Part shown: in pieces, positions 50,804 to 59,701 of the stretch
Layout: each line of letters opens with the position of its first letter
How positions within the stretch are numbered: position 1 is the first letter of the stretch
Assembly: GCA_938092005.1 (NCBI GenBank)
Contig: CALKOU010000007.1
Coordinates: forward strand, 34,523 to 98,522
DNA length: 64,000 bases
Direction of reading: 5' to 3'
From: an uncultured Flavobacteriaceae bacterium
GTDB taxonomy: Bacteria; Bacteroidota; Bacteroidia; Flavobacteriales; Flavobacteriaceae
Translations under genes and position numbers: made by a program
The notes under the pieces: model-generated
Told to the model about the DNA's origin: nothing
Database searches by the model: none
The model's input: the letters and a program-made list of their open reading frames with translations, nothing else

Positions 50804-52060
50804 ATGGCTTCGTTGCAGGAAGTATATCACTTGTTCTTAAAATCTTCGGGAGTTCAAACCGACAGTAGAAAAGTTGTTCAAAACCAATTATTCTTTGCAT
50901 TAACAGGGCCTAACTTTGATGGGAATGCCTATGCACAGGATGCACTCAACAAAGGAGCATTGGCTGCCATTGTTGACCGCAAAGACATCGCCAAAGCGCA
51001 CAAAAATTGCATGTTGGTTGATGATGTTCTTGAGACCCTGCAAGCACTTGCCAAACACCATCGAAAGCAATTTGACATCCCGATTATTGCGTTAACAGGC
51101 AGCAACGGCAAAACGACTACAAAAGAGTTGATCCATACGGTGTTAGGCTCAAAGCATCAGGTACTAGCCACAAAAGGAAATCTTAATAATCATATTGGTG
51201 TGCCGCTAACCTTACTAGGACTTACAAGCAAACACAGTTACGCCTTGATTGAAATGGGAGCAAATCATCTTAAAGAAATTGCTTTTTTGTGCAACATTAC
51301 CCAACCCACACATGGACTCATCACCAATGTGGGCAAAGCACATTTAGAGGGATTTGGATCAGAAGCAGGAGTGTTGCAGGGCAAAACAGAACTATACAGA
51401 CATATTGAAAAAAATGACGGGGTTCTTTTTGTAAATAAGGAAGATGAAAAACTTACAAATGCGTTGGGCACTGCAAAGGCTATCTATTACCACCCAAGAG
51501 AATTTGATGTTATTGAAGAACAGCCTATGCTTACGCTCATGCATAAAAGCATCAAAATAAACACACAACTTGTTGGGAAGTACAACACGTCAAATATTGC
51601 TGCTGCTCTTTGCATTGGAAAGCACTTTGATGTTTCACAAAAACAATCGGCTAATGCTATCGAAACATACACCCCCAAAAACAACCGTTCTCAATTATTA
51701 AAGCAAAACAACAAAACAATCGTGTTGGATGCATACAATGCTAACCCTTCAAGTATGTACGCGGCCTTAACTGCATTTAGTCAGCAGCAGGGAACAAAGG
51801 CCTTGCTATTGGGCCATATGGCCGAACTTGGTGCGCATGAAGCAGATGAACACGAAAAAATCGTACGCTTAGCGAATGACTTAGGGTTTGATGAATGCTA
51901 TTGGGTAGGAAAGGGATACAAACCTTTTGTAACAACCAATTGGTTTGCGACAACTGCAAAAATGAAAGCACACTTGGAAGTAAACAAGATAACGGCTGAA
52001 CACATCTTAGTGAAGGGTTCTCGAAGCGCTGGGTTAGAAGTACTAACAACCGTATTGTAG
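50804..52060 (+). CDS. murF: UDP-N-acetylmuramoyl-tripeptide--D-alanyl-D-alanine ligase
   Basis: The sequence contains the Mur ligase motifs ALTGSNGKTTTKE, EMGANH and DAYNANPSSM. Confidence 0.9.
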   Translation: MASLQEVYHLFLKSSGVQTDSRKVVQNQLFFALTGPNFDGNAYAQDALNKGALAAIVDRKDIAKAHKNCMLVDDVLETLQALAKHHRKQFDIPIIALTGSNGKTTTKELIHTVLGSKHQVLATKGNLNNHIGVPLTLLGLTSKHSYALIEMGANHLKEIAFLCNITQPTHGLITNVGKAHLEGFGSEAGVLQGKTELYRHIEKNDGVLFVNKEDEKLTNALGTAKAIYYHPREFDVIEEQPMLTLMHKSIKINTQLVGKYNTSNIAAALCIGKHFDVSQKQSANAIETYTPKNNRSQLLKQNNKTIVLDAYNANPSSMYAALTAFSQQQGTKALLLGHMAELGAHEADEHEKIVRLANDLGFDECYWVGKGYKPFVTTNWFATTAKMKAHLEVNKITAEHILVKGSRSAGLEVLTTVL

Positions 52061-52068
52061 TATTTGTG

Positions 52069-52143
52069 TGGGTCATATTGGATTCGAACCAATGACTTCC
52101 GCCCTGTCAAGGCGACACTCTGAACCAACTGAGTTAATGACCC
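52069..52143 (-). tRNA. tRNA-Val (anticodon GAC)
   Basis: I folded it by hand. The acceptor GGGTCAT pairs with ATGACCC, the D-stem ACTC with GAGT, the anticodon stem TCGCC with GGCGG around the loop TTGACAG, and the T-arm ATTGG-TTCGAAT-CCAAT is intact. The discriminator is A. It is 75 nt and CCA is not encoded. Confidence 0.95.
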
Positions 52144-52150
52144 GGTGGCG

Positions 52151-52158
52151 CAAAAGTA
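52151..52158 (-). promoter_or_regulatory. -7 box TACTTTTG upstream of tRNA-Val
   Basis: This is an exact TAnnTTTG on the minus strand ending 7 nt before the mature tRNA 5' end. Confidence 0.45.
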
Positions 52159-52178
52159 ACCAAATTCAACGTATTGTG

Positions 52179-52186
52179 TAAGTTTG
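52179..52186 (+). promoter_or_regulatory. -7 box TAAGTTTG upstream of the flavin reductase gene
   Basis: This is an exact TAnnTTTG 15 nt before the ATG at 52202. The ORF-track TTG start (52184) lies inside this box. Confidence 0.45.
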
Positions 52187-52201
52187 CAAAAAAAAGCTAC
52201 T

Positions 52202-52825
52202 ATGATTCACTACACGCGTACGGACATTAACCAAATGGATAAGATTTTTCGATTAAACCTTATCAACAGTTGTACCGGCTTTAAATCGGCAAATTTATTA
52301 GGAACCAAATCAACCACTGGACAACCTAATGTTGCGGTATTTAGTAGCATTACACACCTGGGCAGCAATCCACCGCTTATTGGTTTTGTACTACGTCCCA
52401 CCACCGTTCCGCGTGACACTTATCGAAACATCAAAGAAACAGGCGTGTTTACGGTAAATCACATTCATGCTAACATGGTAGCCGATGCGCATCACACCTC
52501 AGCTAAGTATCCAGAAAACATTTCGGAATTTGACCAAACCAGTCTTGAGCAAGAATATCGTAACGATTTTCATGCGCCTTTTGTAAAAGGAGCTGCTATC
52601 CGATTAGGGTGTCGCTTTCTCAATGAATATGAAATCAAAGAAAACGGAACCCTACTACTTGTTAGTGAAATTGAGCACGTATACGTAGCAGATCAAAATA
52701 TCCAACAAGAAGACGGATGGCTCAAATTACAAAATGCCAATACCGTTACCATTAACGGTTTGGATGGCTACGCCAAAACCGAACTCATTGAACGTTTCCC
52801 TTACGCCAGACCTAAAAAAGCATGA
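52202..52825 (+). CDS. Flavin reductase family protein
   Basis: The 207-aa ORF contains …SANLLGT…PNVAVFSS..HLGSNPPLIGFV.RP, typical of the flavin reductase-like FMN-binding domain. Confidence 0.75.
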   Translation: MIHYTRTDINQMDKIFRLNLINSCTGFKSANLLGTKSTTGQPNVAVFSSITHLGSNPPLIGFVLRPTTVPRDTYRNIKETGVFTVNHIHANMVADAHHTSAKYPENISEFDQTSLEQEYRNDFHAPFVKGAAIRLGCRFLNEYEIKENGTLLLVSEIEHVYVADQNIQQEDGWLKLQNANTVTINGLDGYAKTELIERFPYARPKKA

Positions 52826-53457
52826 ATTTTTTAGCAAAAAACCTTGAAGATTACGTCCAAAACCATTCGGAAAAAGAACCCGAATTACTGGAGCAATTGG
52901 TTCGTGAAACACATCTAAAAGTATTGCAACCGCGTATGCTCAGCGGCGCCTATCAAGGGCGTTTGTTAGCTTTATTATCAAAGCTTATGGCACCAAAACA
53001 CATTCTAGAAATTGGCACATATACAGGTTACTCAGCCTTGTGTTTGGCTGAAGGATTACAAGAAGGTGGTCGCATAGACACCATTGACGTAAACGAAGAA
53101 CTTGCAAACATTCAACGGCGCTATTTTAACGCCTCGGGATATGGAGCACAAATCAAACAGCACCTTGGCAATGCCGCGAATATCATCCCTACCCTATCAG
53201 GTACTTTTGATTTTGTTTTTATTGATGCTGATAAAGAGCAATATCCGCTTTATTTTGATTTGATCCTGGATCGGGTGCGTACGGGTGGTTTGATTATTGC
53301 CGATAATGTACTTTGGTCTGGAAAAGTTATTGAAAAGGCCACAGACGAGGCCACACAATCGCTACAACTCTTTAACAAAAAAGTAGTGGATGACACTCGG
53401 GTTGAAACCGTAATCCTACCCATACGAGACGGACTTACACTGATGCGTAAAATCTAG
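52822..53457 (+). CDS. Class I SAM-dependent O-methyltransferase (caffeoyl-CoA OMT-like)
   Basis: The sequence contains ILEIGTYTGYSALCLAEG and FIDADKEQY…GGLIIADNVLW. An ATGA overlap couples it to the upstream gene. Confidence 0.85.
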   Translation: MNFLAKNLEDYVQNHSEKEPELLEQLVRETHLKVLQPRMLSGAYQGRLLALLSKLMAPKHILEIGTYTGYSALCLAEGLQEGGRIDTIDVNEELANIQRRYFNASGYGAQIKQHLGNAANIIPTLSGTFDFVFIDADKEQYPLYFDLILDRVRTGGLIIADNVLWSGKVIEKATDEATQSLQLFNKKVVDDTRVETVILPIRDGLTLMRKI

Positions 53458-53717
53458 CGTTTCCGCTTGACGGTTCCCGTAATATCGTTGAGTTCTTTTT
53501 TGAGGTCATTCACCTCTTTTTGAAGCTCTTTGGTGTCTAACCCTTGAGCCTCGGCAGATTTTTCAATTTCTTCTCTAAAATCACGACTTGCGTTCTTAAC
53601 TTGCTGAATTCCTTTGGCTACGGTGCGAGCAATATCTGGCATCTTATTGGCACCAAAAACCAAAAGCACTACCATAAACACAAACACTATCTCTGGACCA
53701 CTGATAAAGTAAATCAT
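53454..53717 (-). CDS. tatA: Twin-arginine translocase subunit TatA/E
   Basis: The 87-aa ORF has an N-terminal transmembrane helix plus an amphipathic helix (…VLLVFGANKMPDIARTVAKGI…). Confidence 0.88.
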   Translation of the reverse strand: MIYFISGPEIVFVFMVVLLVFGANKMPDIARTVAKGIQQVKNASRDFREEIEKSAEAQGLDTKELQKEVNDLKKELNDITGTVKRKR

Positions 53718-53721
53718 GGGT

Positions 53722-53729
53722 CAAATATA
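53722..53729 (-). promoter_or_regulatory. -7 box TATATTTG only 4 nt upstream of the tatA ATG
   Basis: This is an exact TAnnTTTG on the minus strand. If it is functional, the spacing implies a leaderless or near-leaderless tatA mRNA. Confidence 0.35.
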
Positions 53730-53869
53730 AGGCAAACTAAAAAGCTAGTGAAAGCATCTATTGTTTACTTTTTGTCTGCTTTACGGAAGACCTACTTACA
53801 GCAGGCTCAATCACCATCGACTGCTGCTGAGAGTACCGAAGTAGACCAGCCCTAAGGCTGACTTTTATA

Positions 53870-56050
53870 TTAGTTTTGTTTCTTTTTAAACTTTTCAAAG
53901 TCGTTTTCTTCCAACACCTTTGGCCAAGCATTGTTGTCTTTGTTAATATCAGCAGTAGCATGGTCGGGGTCTACCACTACGCCTATTAACTCTTTGTCGG
54001 TAGCAAGATACTTACTTACCGTAGCATCGCTTTTACGCCACACTTGTGCAGGGTAGGTTTTGCGCTCGGTTGTACCGTCCGCAAAAGCATATTCAACAAT
54101 AAGCGGCATGGGAATACCACCTGGCTTTTCAAACACAACCTCATAGAACTTCTTAGGTTCTTTTCGTTTTTTAAATGTCTTGGGCGTTAGGTTTTCCAAG
54201 CTGCGTTGGAAATAGCGTTCAAAGTAATATTGCTTATCTGTAAATTTTTGAATGTCATTCACTTCGGTTACCCCTATGTCAACAACATCTGTAGTGAAAA
54301 ACCAGCCCCGCCAAAACCAATCCAAATCAAAGGCCGAAGCGTCTTCCATGGTACGGAAAAAGTCTTCGGGAGTAGGGTGTTTAAACATCCAACGCCTTGA
54401 AAACGTCTTAAAGGCATGATCAAACAGCTCACGACCCATTACGGTTTCGCGTAAGATATTCAAAGCAGTAGCGGGTTTGCTATAGGCATTTGGTCCTAAT
54501 TGATATACATTCTCAGGATTGGACATGATAGGGGCTATAAAATCTTGATCACCCGCCATGTAGCGCACAATGTTCTGTGGATCCATATCGTCTGATGGAT
54601 AGTGGTCTAAGCCTGGAATAGCATCGGGATGTGTTTTGCCAAAATCTTGCTCTGCAATAATCTGCACAAAACTGTTAAGTCCTTCGTCCATCCAACCCCA
54701 CTGGCGCTCGTCTGAATTAACAATCATTGGAAAGAAGTTATGTCCTACTTCGTGAATGATAACGCCAATCATCCCAAACTTGGTACGATCACTGTAATTA
54801 CCATTTTCATCAGGGCGTCCAAAATTGAAACAAATCATGGGGTATTCCATGCCCACATCATCGGCGTGTACCGATACGGCCTTGTGATACGGATAATCAA
54901 ACGTCATACGTGAATACGATTTCAGCGCGCTAGCTACTGTTTTGGTAGACCATTGCTCCCATAACGGATTTCCTTCTTTTGGATATACCGAAACAGCCAT
55001 AACATCAGTTCCATTGACATCTACATTCATCATGTCAACAATAAATTTACGAGAAGACGCAAATGCAAAATCACGAACATTCTTGGCAGTAAAGTGCCAG
55101 GTTTTTGTTCCTGTAGGTGTGCTTTTTTCGTTTGCTTCTGCTTCATCTTGCGTTACAATAAACACAGGATTATCATACGATTTTTTTGCTTGTTTAAAGC
55201 GTTTCATCATGGTGGATGAATACACTTCTTTACGGTTTTCCAACACGCCCGTTGCCTCAACAATATGATCGTTAGGAACGGTAATTTTCACATCATAATC
55301 ACCAAAGGGTAGTGCAAACTCACCGTTGCCCCAAAACTGTTGGTTTTGCCAGCCCTCAACGTCGTTATAAACCGCCATTCGAGGGAAGAACTGCGCAATA
55401 AAATAAGCGTAGTTGTCGTCCTTTTTAAAGTACTCGTAACCCGAACGTGCATCCCAAAATTGACGGTTTGGAATGTTGTAATGCCATTTCAAACGAAACG
55501 ACATAGAAGTACCTGAAGCCAATGGTGTTGGCAAGTCAATACGCATCATGGTTTGGTGAATCGTATAGGGTAGGTCTGTCCCGTCAGTGTCTTGTAAGGC
55601 GTCTATTTTAAAGCCGCCATCAAATTTTTCTCCTAATAGAAATTCGTTTATAAAACCAGGAGCAACCGAACGTTGCGTACCATAATACTCGCTTCCATTG
55701 TTTAAACGATCAAAAGACTGTGCATCGCGGGCACGAACGTTCTGATCAAGTTGTACCCACAAATACGAAAGGGTTTCGGGCGAATTATTGGTATAGGTAA
55801 CCGTTTGATCGCCAAAAAGCTGTTGGGTTTTATCGTTTAAAATAAGCTCCATGTCATAATCGGCCTGTTGCTGATAATACGCAGGGCCTGGAGCACCAGA
55901 AGCCGTGCGGTATACGTTGGGCGTTGCAAGCTCATTGTAAAGCTGGCGAAACTTATTCTGGTTGGTGTGCCCCTGAGGGGTTGCCACTTGAGCAAAAGAA
56001 AAAACAAAAGATAGTGTGAGGGCTATCGATAACAATTGAGTAGTTTTCAT
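53870..56050 (-). CDS. M1-family zinc metallopeptidase (aminopeptidase N-like)
   Basis: The 726-aa ORF has a signal peptide, and HEVGHNFF (HExxH) followed by WMDEGLNSF (the distal Glu). Confidence 0.9.
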   Translation of the reverse strand: MKTTQLLSIALTLSFVFSFAQVATPQGHTNQNKFRQLYNELATPNVYRTASGAPGPAYYQQQADYDMELILNDKTQQLFGDQTVTYTNNSPETLSYLWVQLDQNVRARDAQSFDRLNNGSEYYGTQRSVAPGFINEFLLGEKFDGGFKIDALQDTDGTDLPYTIHQTMMRIDLPTPLASGTSMSFRLKWHYNIPNRQFWDARSGYEYFKKDDNYAYFIAQFFPRMAVYNDVEGWQNQQFWGNGEFALPFGDYDVKITVPNDHIVEATGVLENRKEVYSSTMMKRFKQAKKSYDNPVFIVTQDEAEANEKSTPTGTKTWHFTAKNVRDFAFASSRKFIVDMMNVDVNGTDVMAVSVYPKEGNPLWEQWSTKTVASALKSYSRMTFDYPYHKAVSVHADDVGMEYPMICFNFGRPDENGNYSDRTKFGMIGVIIHEVGHNFFPMIVNSDERQWGWMDEGLNSFVQIIAEQDFGKTHPDAIPGLDHYPSDDMDPQNIVRYMAGDQDFIAPIMSNPENVYQLGPNAYSKPATALNILRETVMGRELFDHAFKTFSRRWMFKHPTPEDFFRTMEDASAFDLDWFWRGWFFTTDVVDIGVTEVNDIQKFTDKQYYFERYFQRSLENLTPKTFKKRKEPKKFYEVVFEKPGGIPMPLIVEYAFADGTTERKTYPAQVWRKSDATVSKYLATDKELIGVVVDPDHATADINKDNNAWPKVLEENDFEKFKKKQN

Positions 56051-56089
56051 TTTTTAAGATTTTGTTAAATATATTGGATTGTTGGAACT

Positions 56090-56584
56090 TTAAAAACTGT
56101 ATTGGGCAAAAATGCGGTCTTTCGTGTGTAAAAAACTTTTCTTCTTCGTTGAAATTGAAAGGGTTACGATGTTTTTTTGCTCTGGAAAGACTTCCATTAG
56201 AAACGTATTTGACCACTCTAATTGCATGAGCTTCGGAAGTGCATCAAAAGAGGCATACAACACCGTTTGATCTTGTTTGTACTCCCACCCCACAAAAGAA
56301 AACGTACTGCCTTCTGACAGGTTCTTGAGGTTAAAATGCGTTTGAAAATAAGAAGCAATATGTTGTTCCAAAATAGTGTGTGTGCGATTATCAGGATCAA
56401 GCTTGATGTCCTCAGAAGCAAATGCGCTTAAGGCTTTGGTAAAATCATCCGTAAAAACACGAACGACCAATTGAATTTGATTGCTTTCTGGCTTGTAATA
56501 CATGTCTGTTGTACTCACGTAGTATTTGTGCGATGCAGATGTAAGCAGCGGAACAATGAGCAAGAAAAACAAAAAACGCATCAC
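56090..56584 (-). CDS. Hypothetical secreted protein (resembles the DUF6702 family)
   Basis: The 164-aa ORF has a signal peptide followed by SHKYYVSTTDMYY, like the HKFYVS… start I recall for DUF6702 proteins. It overlaps the upstream gene by 4 nt. Confidence 0.5.
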   Translation of the reverse strand: MMRFLFFLLIVPLLTSASHKYYVSTTDMYYKPESNQIQLVVRVFTDDFTKALSAFASEDIKLDPDNRTHTILEQHIASYFQTHFNLKNLSEGSTFSFVGWEYKQDQTVLYASFDALPKLMQLEWSNTFLMEVFPEQKNIVTLSISTKKKSFLHTKDRIFAQYSF

Positions 56585-57309
56585 TGGTTTTTATTAAATT
56601 TTTGACTGGTTTTGATCAAAAAATCCATGATTTCGAAATCGGATTTATCTTCTAGTAATGCTTTGGTTTTAATCTCACCATCGCAATACAACAAAAACAA
56701 CTCAATATTATCTTGGTCAATATGCAATTGCTCGATAAAAAACGGATCGTCATACAGTTGGCGAATAACTGTGCTGGGTTGCAATTGAGAGGCTTTTTCT
56801 TTCTTCTTTCCTTTTCCTTCAACCGAGCGATACAATGCCTTAAATATATTAACGAAGTTCACGCCATTGTATAACTGATTTTGTCGCATTAAGGTGTTCT
56901 CAACTCTTGTTGAGCGGTCACGTTTATAATCAAATGTCTTAAATTCTTCGGCGCGTAAGTCCAAGAATTTTTGGCGTTGCTCAGGCGTAACGACTACCTC
57001 TTCAAGCTCGGTTACTTTTTCGTTTACGTCAATAACCAAACGCCCACGTTGTAATATTTCTTTATTGATGTTGACTATGCGAATTTGGTATTGTAGTGAG
57101 GTAAACACAAGCTCATCATCCATCATAACTTCAATGGCAAATTCACCATTATCGTCCGAAATGGTAGCCTTTTTGGAAGTGGTGTTGACCACATTGGCAG
57201 CCATTACGTTTTCGTTTTTATATAAAATCTTACCTCTAAGCCACGTGCGATAATCGGACTGAGCCATTGCTAAAGGAGCAAAAAGTAAAAAAACAAACAA
57301 ATGACGCAT
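56581..57309 (-). CDS. Carboxypeptidase-regulatory-like domain protein
   Basis: The 242-aa ORF has a signal peptide, and LRGKILYKNENVMAANVVNTTSKKATISDDNGEFAI matches the CarboxypepD_reg pattern. Confidence 0.6.
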   Translation of the reverse strand: MRHLFVFLLFAPLAMAQSDYRTWLRGKILYKNENVMAANVVNTTSKKATISDDNGEFAIEVMMDDELVFTSLQYQIRIVNINKEILQRGRLVIDVNEKVTELEEVVVTPEQRQKFLDLRAEEFKTFDYKRDRSTRVENTLMRQNQLYNGVNFVNIFKALYRSVEGKGKKKEKASQLQPSTVIRQLYDDPFFIEQLHIDQDNIELFLLYCDGEIKTKALLEDKSDFEIMDFLIKTSQKFNKNQ

Positions 57310-57363
57310 ACAAATATTGCTTTGGGTTGATTTAAATCGTGAGCTGTTAACAACAAATATACG

Positions 57364-57795
57364 CTATTCGCCTAAACGCTTAACGAAGTGAAAACCCAAA
57401 TGCGCAAACCCTTCTCGAGCATACAACCGGTGTGAAGCTGTGTTTTCTTTGTAAGCATTTAACTCAAGAGCTTCATAACCTTCGGCTTTTAGTGTATCGC
57501 CAATCCAACTTATAAATTGCGTTCCCAAGCCCTTCCCTTGAAATTCAGGCTTGATGTAAAGGTGATCCAACTCACAACTTTTTCCTGAATAATGTCGGGT
57601 TTGATACCAAAGACCACAGAGGCCTATGAGCTTATTGTTTTGATAAAACCCAATGCAATCATATTCATGCTGAAACATGGCTGTGAAACGTTTTGCATGC
57701 ACCGTATCAGTATATTTATGATGCGTAAAATCTTGCATCAAAGGCAAAATATCAGGGATATTCCCTACATTTAAATATCTAAATTCAATTTCCAT
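57364..57795 (-). CDS. GNAT-family N-acetyltransferase
   Basis: The 143-aa ORF has the acetyl-CoA-binding motif …FQGKGLGTQFISW…. Confidence 0.85.
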   Translation of the reverse strand: MEIEFRYLNVGNIPDILPLMQDFTHHKYTDTVHAKRFTAMFQHEYDCIGFYQNNKLIGLCGLWYQTRHYSGKSCELDHLYIKPEFQGKGLGTQFISWIGDTLKAEGYEALELNAYKENTASHRLYAREGFAHLGFHFVKRLGE

Positions 57796-57803
57796 AGCAA
57801 CAC

Positions 57804-58241
57804 TTGCAACTCGTTACAAACATACAATTTAAACACATTAAAGCTACAGACACTTACGCAGTGCGCCACCCTGTTTTACGTAAGGGATTACCCATAAGCA
57901 GTTGCGCCTTTGACCGTGATGAAGACAATAGCACCATACACTTAGGAGCACTGCTTGACAATAAACTTATCGGAGTGCTTACGCTAATGCGTCATGCAAC
58001 AGCTATGCAACTAAGAGGCATGGCAGTATTGGAACCCTATCAAGGGCAGGGTGTTGGAAAACAACTGATCACCAAAGCAGAGGAGCTAATAAAGACTCAA
58101 AACAGAGCTATCATTTGGATGAATGCACGCCTGATTGCCATTCCTTTTTATGAAGCCTGTGGCTATCACAAAGAAGGAAGTGCGTTTGTATTACCCTATG
58201 GTGAAACACACTACAAAATGACCAAAAAACAATGCGGATAG
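57804..58241 (+). CDS. GNAT-family N-acetyltransferase (TTG start)
   Basis: The 145-aa ORF contains …YQGQGVGKQLI… and …ARLIAIPFYEACGY…. There is no in-frame ATG before residue 62, and the frame opens only at 57798, so TTG 57804 is the first usable start. Confidence 0.75.
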   Translation: MQLVTNIQFKHIKATDTYAVRHPVLRKGLPISSCAFDRDEDNSTIHLGALLDNKLIGVLTLMRHATAMQLRGMAVLEPYQGQGVGKQLITKAEELIKTQNRAIIWMNARLIAIPFYEACGYHKEGSAFVLPYGETHYKMTKKQCG

Positions 58242-58933
58242 TCTTTATTTTATTGATGCTAAGTCAATGGGCAATGGCTCAAATAACAATCGTGCAACTG
58301 TTGGGAATCGATGAAAGCCATCTGATATCCGTTGAGCAACAGCAGTTAACCGAAAAAACAGCAACTGCATTTTGTGCCATGCAAGAAGCAGCACTAGCAG
58401 ACGGTATTGACATCCAATTGGTGTCGGCCTTTCGATCTTTTGCGCGGCAACAATACATTTGGGAAAACAAGTTTGACCGCTACACAAGCGATGGCCTAAC
58501 CCCTAATGAAGCCATAAACCGAATTTTAGCGTATTCCACCATTCCCGGAACTTCGAGGCATCATTGGGGTACCGATATTGACATTACAGATGGTAACGCC
58601 ACCAACCAAAAGCAACTACTTGTTGCTGAAAAATTTCACAACAACGGCCCTTTTGCTCCATTGCACCAATGGATGCAAGCCAACGCACACCGCTTTGGGT
58701 TTTATTTGGTTTATACCAACAACAGCAACCGTACTGGATTTTCGTATGAACCTTGGCATTATAGCTATTTGCCCGAAGCAAAAGCCTTTCTAAACGACTA
58801 CGAACCCCGAACCGCTTTTGCTTTTTTTAAATCGGTTGGCATTAAGGGTAGTGCCTATATAGACTATGCATTTTGGGAGCGCTATTATGCGCAATTTATT
58901 TTGGGGGTGAATAAAGCGTTGTTGGAAGAGTGA
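58232..58933 (+). CDS. M15-family D-alanyl-D-alanine carboxypeptidase (VanY-like)
   Basis: The sequence has a signal peptide, SAFRSFARQ, PGTSRHHWGTDIDI (SxHxxGxxxD) and EPWHYSY. Confidence 0.85.
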   Translation: MRIVFILLMLSQWAMAQITIVQLLGIDESHLISVEQQQLTEKTATAFCAMQEAALADGIDIQLVSAFRSFARQQYIWENKFDRYTSDGLTPNEAINRILAYSTIPGTSRHHWGTDIDITDGNATNQKQLLVAEKFHNNGPFAPLHQWMQANAHRFGFYLVYTNNSNRTGFSYEPWHYSYLPEAKAFLNDYEPRTAFAFFKSVGIKGSAYIDYAFWERYYAQFILGVNKALLEE

Positions 58934-58994
58934 TTTCGTTGCTTCCTTGTACGCATCTGTGATACGTGACGTATCTTTCTTAAAATGGTACGCG

Positions 58995-59045
58995 TCGCAG
59001 ACCTGCCTGGCGGCTAGACAGGCGCGCACCAGAGGGGGTAGTCAT
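58995..59045. repeat. GC-rich intergenic element related to the 11135-11156 hairpin
   Basis: CCTGCCTGGCGGCTAGACAGGC here resembles CCTGCCTGCCGGTAGGCAGGC at 11136-11156, with about 20 of 22 positions matching. This is a ~65% GC patch at the edge of an AT-rich island. Confidence 0.5.
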
Positions 59046-59048
59046 TTT

Positions 59049-59597
59049 TTAATTTTCCATTACGACACTATAAATCAATTTACCTGATTCTTTATTTTGT
59101 GTAATTATTGTGTAATAAGAGTTAACGTTCAGTTTTACAACAGTTAATAGTCTTGAATCAACATCCTTTATTTCAACATTTATGTTATAATACTGTTTCC
59201 TTTTTTTTATTAAATGATCATCCCAACCCTTAATATCAGATATAGAAATTTGACAAATTAATTCATATTCCCTCTCATTATACTTGTTTGAAGGAATATT
59301 CCTTAAATCAACTTCTAAAGGGTTTTTAGCATTTAAATCATAGTTGAAATTTAACTTAAAGTTTTTGAAATCTTTTTTCAGATTTTTCTTAAAAGTCTTC
59401 TGTAATCTTTTTTTAAGGTCCAAAAAATAATATATATAATGAGTATGCCCCTTAAAAATAAATAGAATTGATTTTGGTTTATTATACTCATCTATTTTTT
59501 CATTTTCAATTATTCTTACGCCTGGTTCAAACTTTTCACTTTTCTGAGAAAAAGCATTTAAACTATAAACTAAAACTATCAGTACTATTATTTTCAT
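59049..59597 (-). CDS. Hypothetical exported protein (island gene 3), no family recognised
   Basis: The 182-aa ORF has a signal peptide (MKIIVLIVLVYSLNAFSQ), is Lys/Asn-rich, and is about 25% GC. Confidence 0.6.
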   Translation of the reverse strand: MKIIVLIVLVYSLNAFSQKSEKFEPGVRIIENEKIDEYNKPKSILFIFKGHTHYIYYFLDLKKRLQKTFKKNLKKDFKNFKLNFNYDLNAKNPLEVDLRNIPSNKYNEREYELICQISISDIKGWDDHLIKKRKQYYNINVEIKDVDSRLLTVVKLNVNSYYTIITQNKESGKLIYSVVMEN

Positions 59598-59701
59598 TTC
59601 ATTTTTTTAATTTAATCCATTCAACAAAAGAGGCAATACCTCGTTAGTTTGCTTGAGTATCTAGCCCTACTAAAACAGGTGCGCCAGAGTAGGAAATCTC
59701 A

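Noticed and set aside
52069-52143. tRNA-Val was considered as an integration hotspot for a genomic island.
   Set aside because: Both flanks (murF and the flavin reductase gene) have backbone composition. There is no integrase and no duplicated tRNA 3' end nearby.
53730-53869. The 152-nt spacer between the M1 peptidase gene and tatA was examined for an ncRNA or terminator. The 103-aa plus-strand ORF at 53544-53855 was also considered.
   Set aside because: Only short hairpins are present (CAGCC-UUAG-GGCUG and a 3-bp UUCG stem), with no U-tract or recognisable RNA family. The ORF is antisense to tatA and has no start context.
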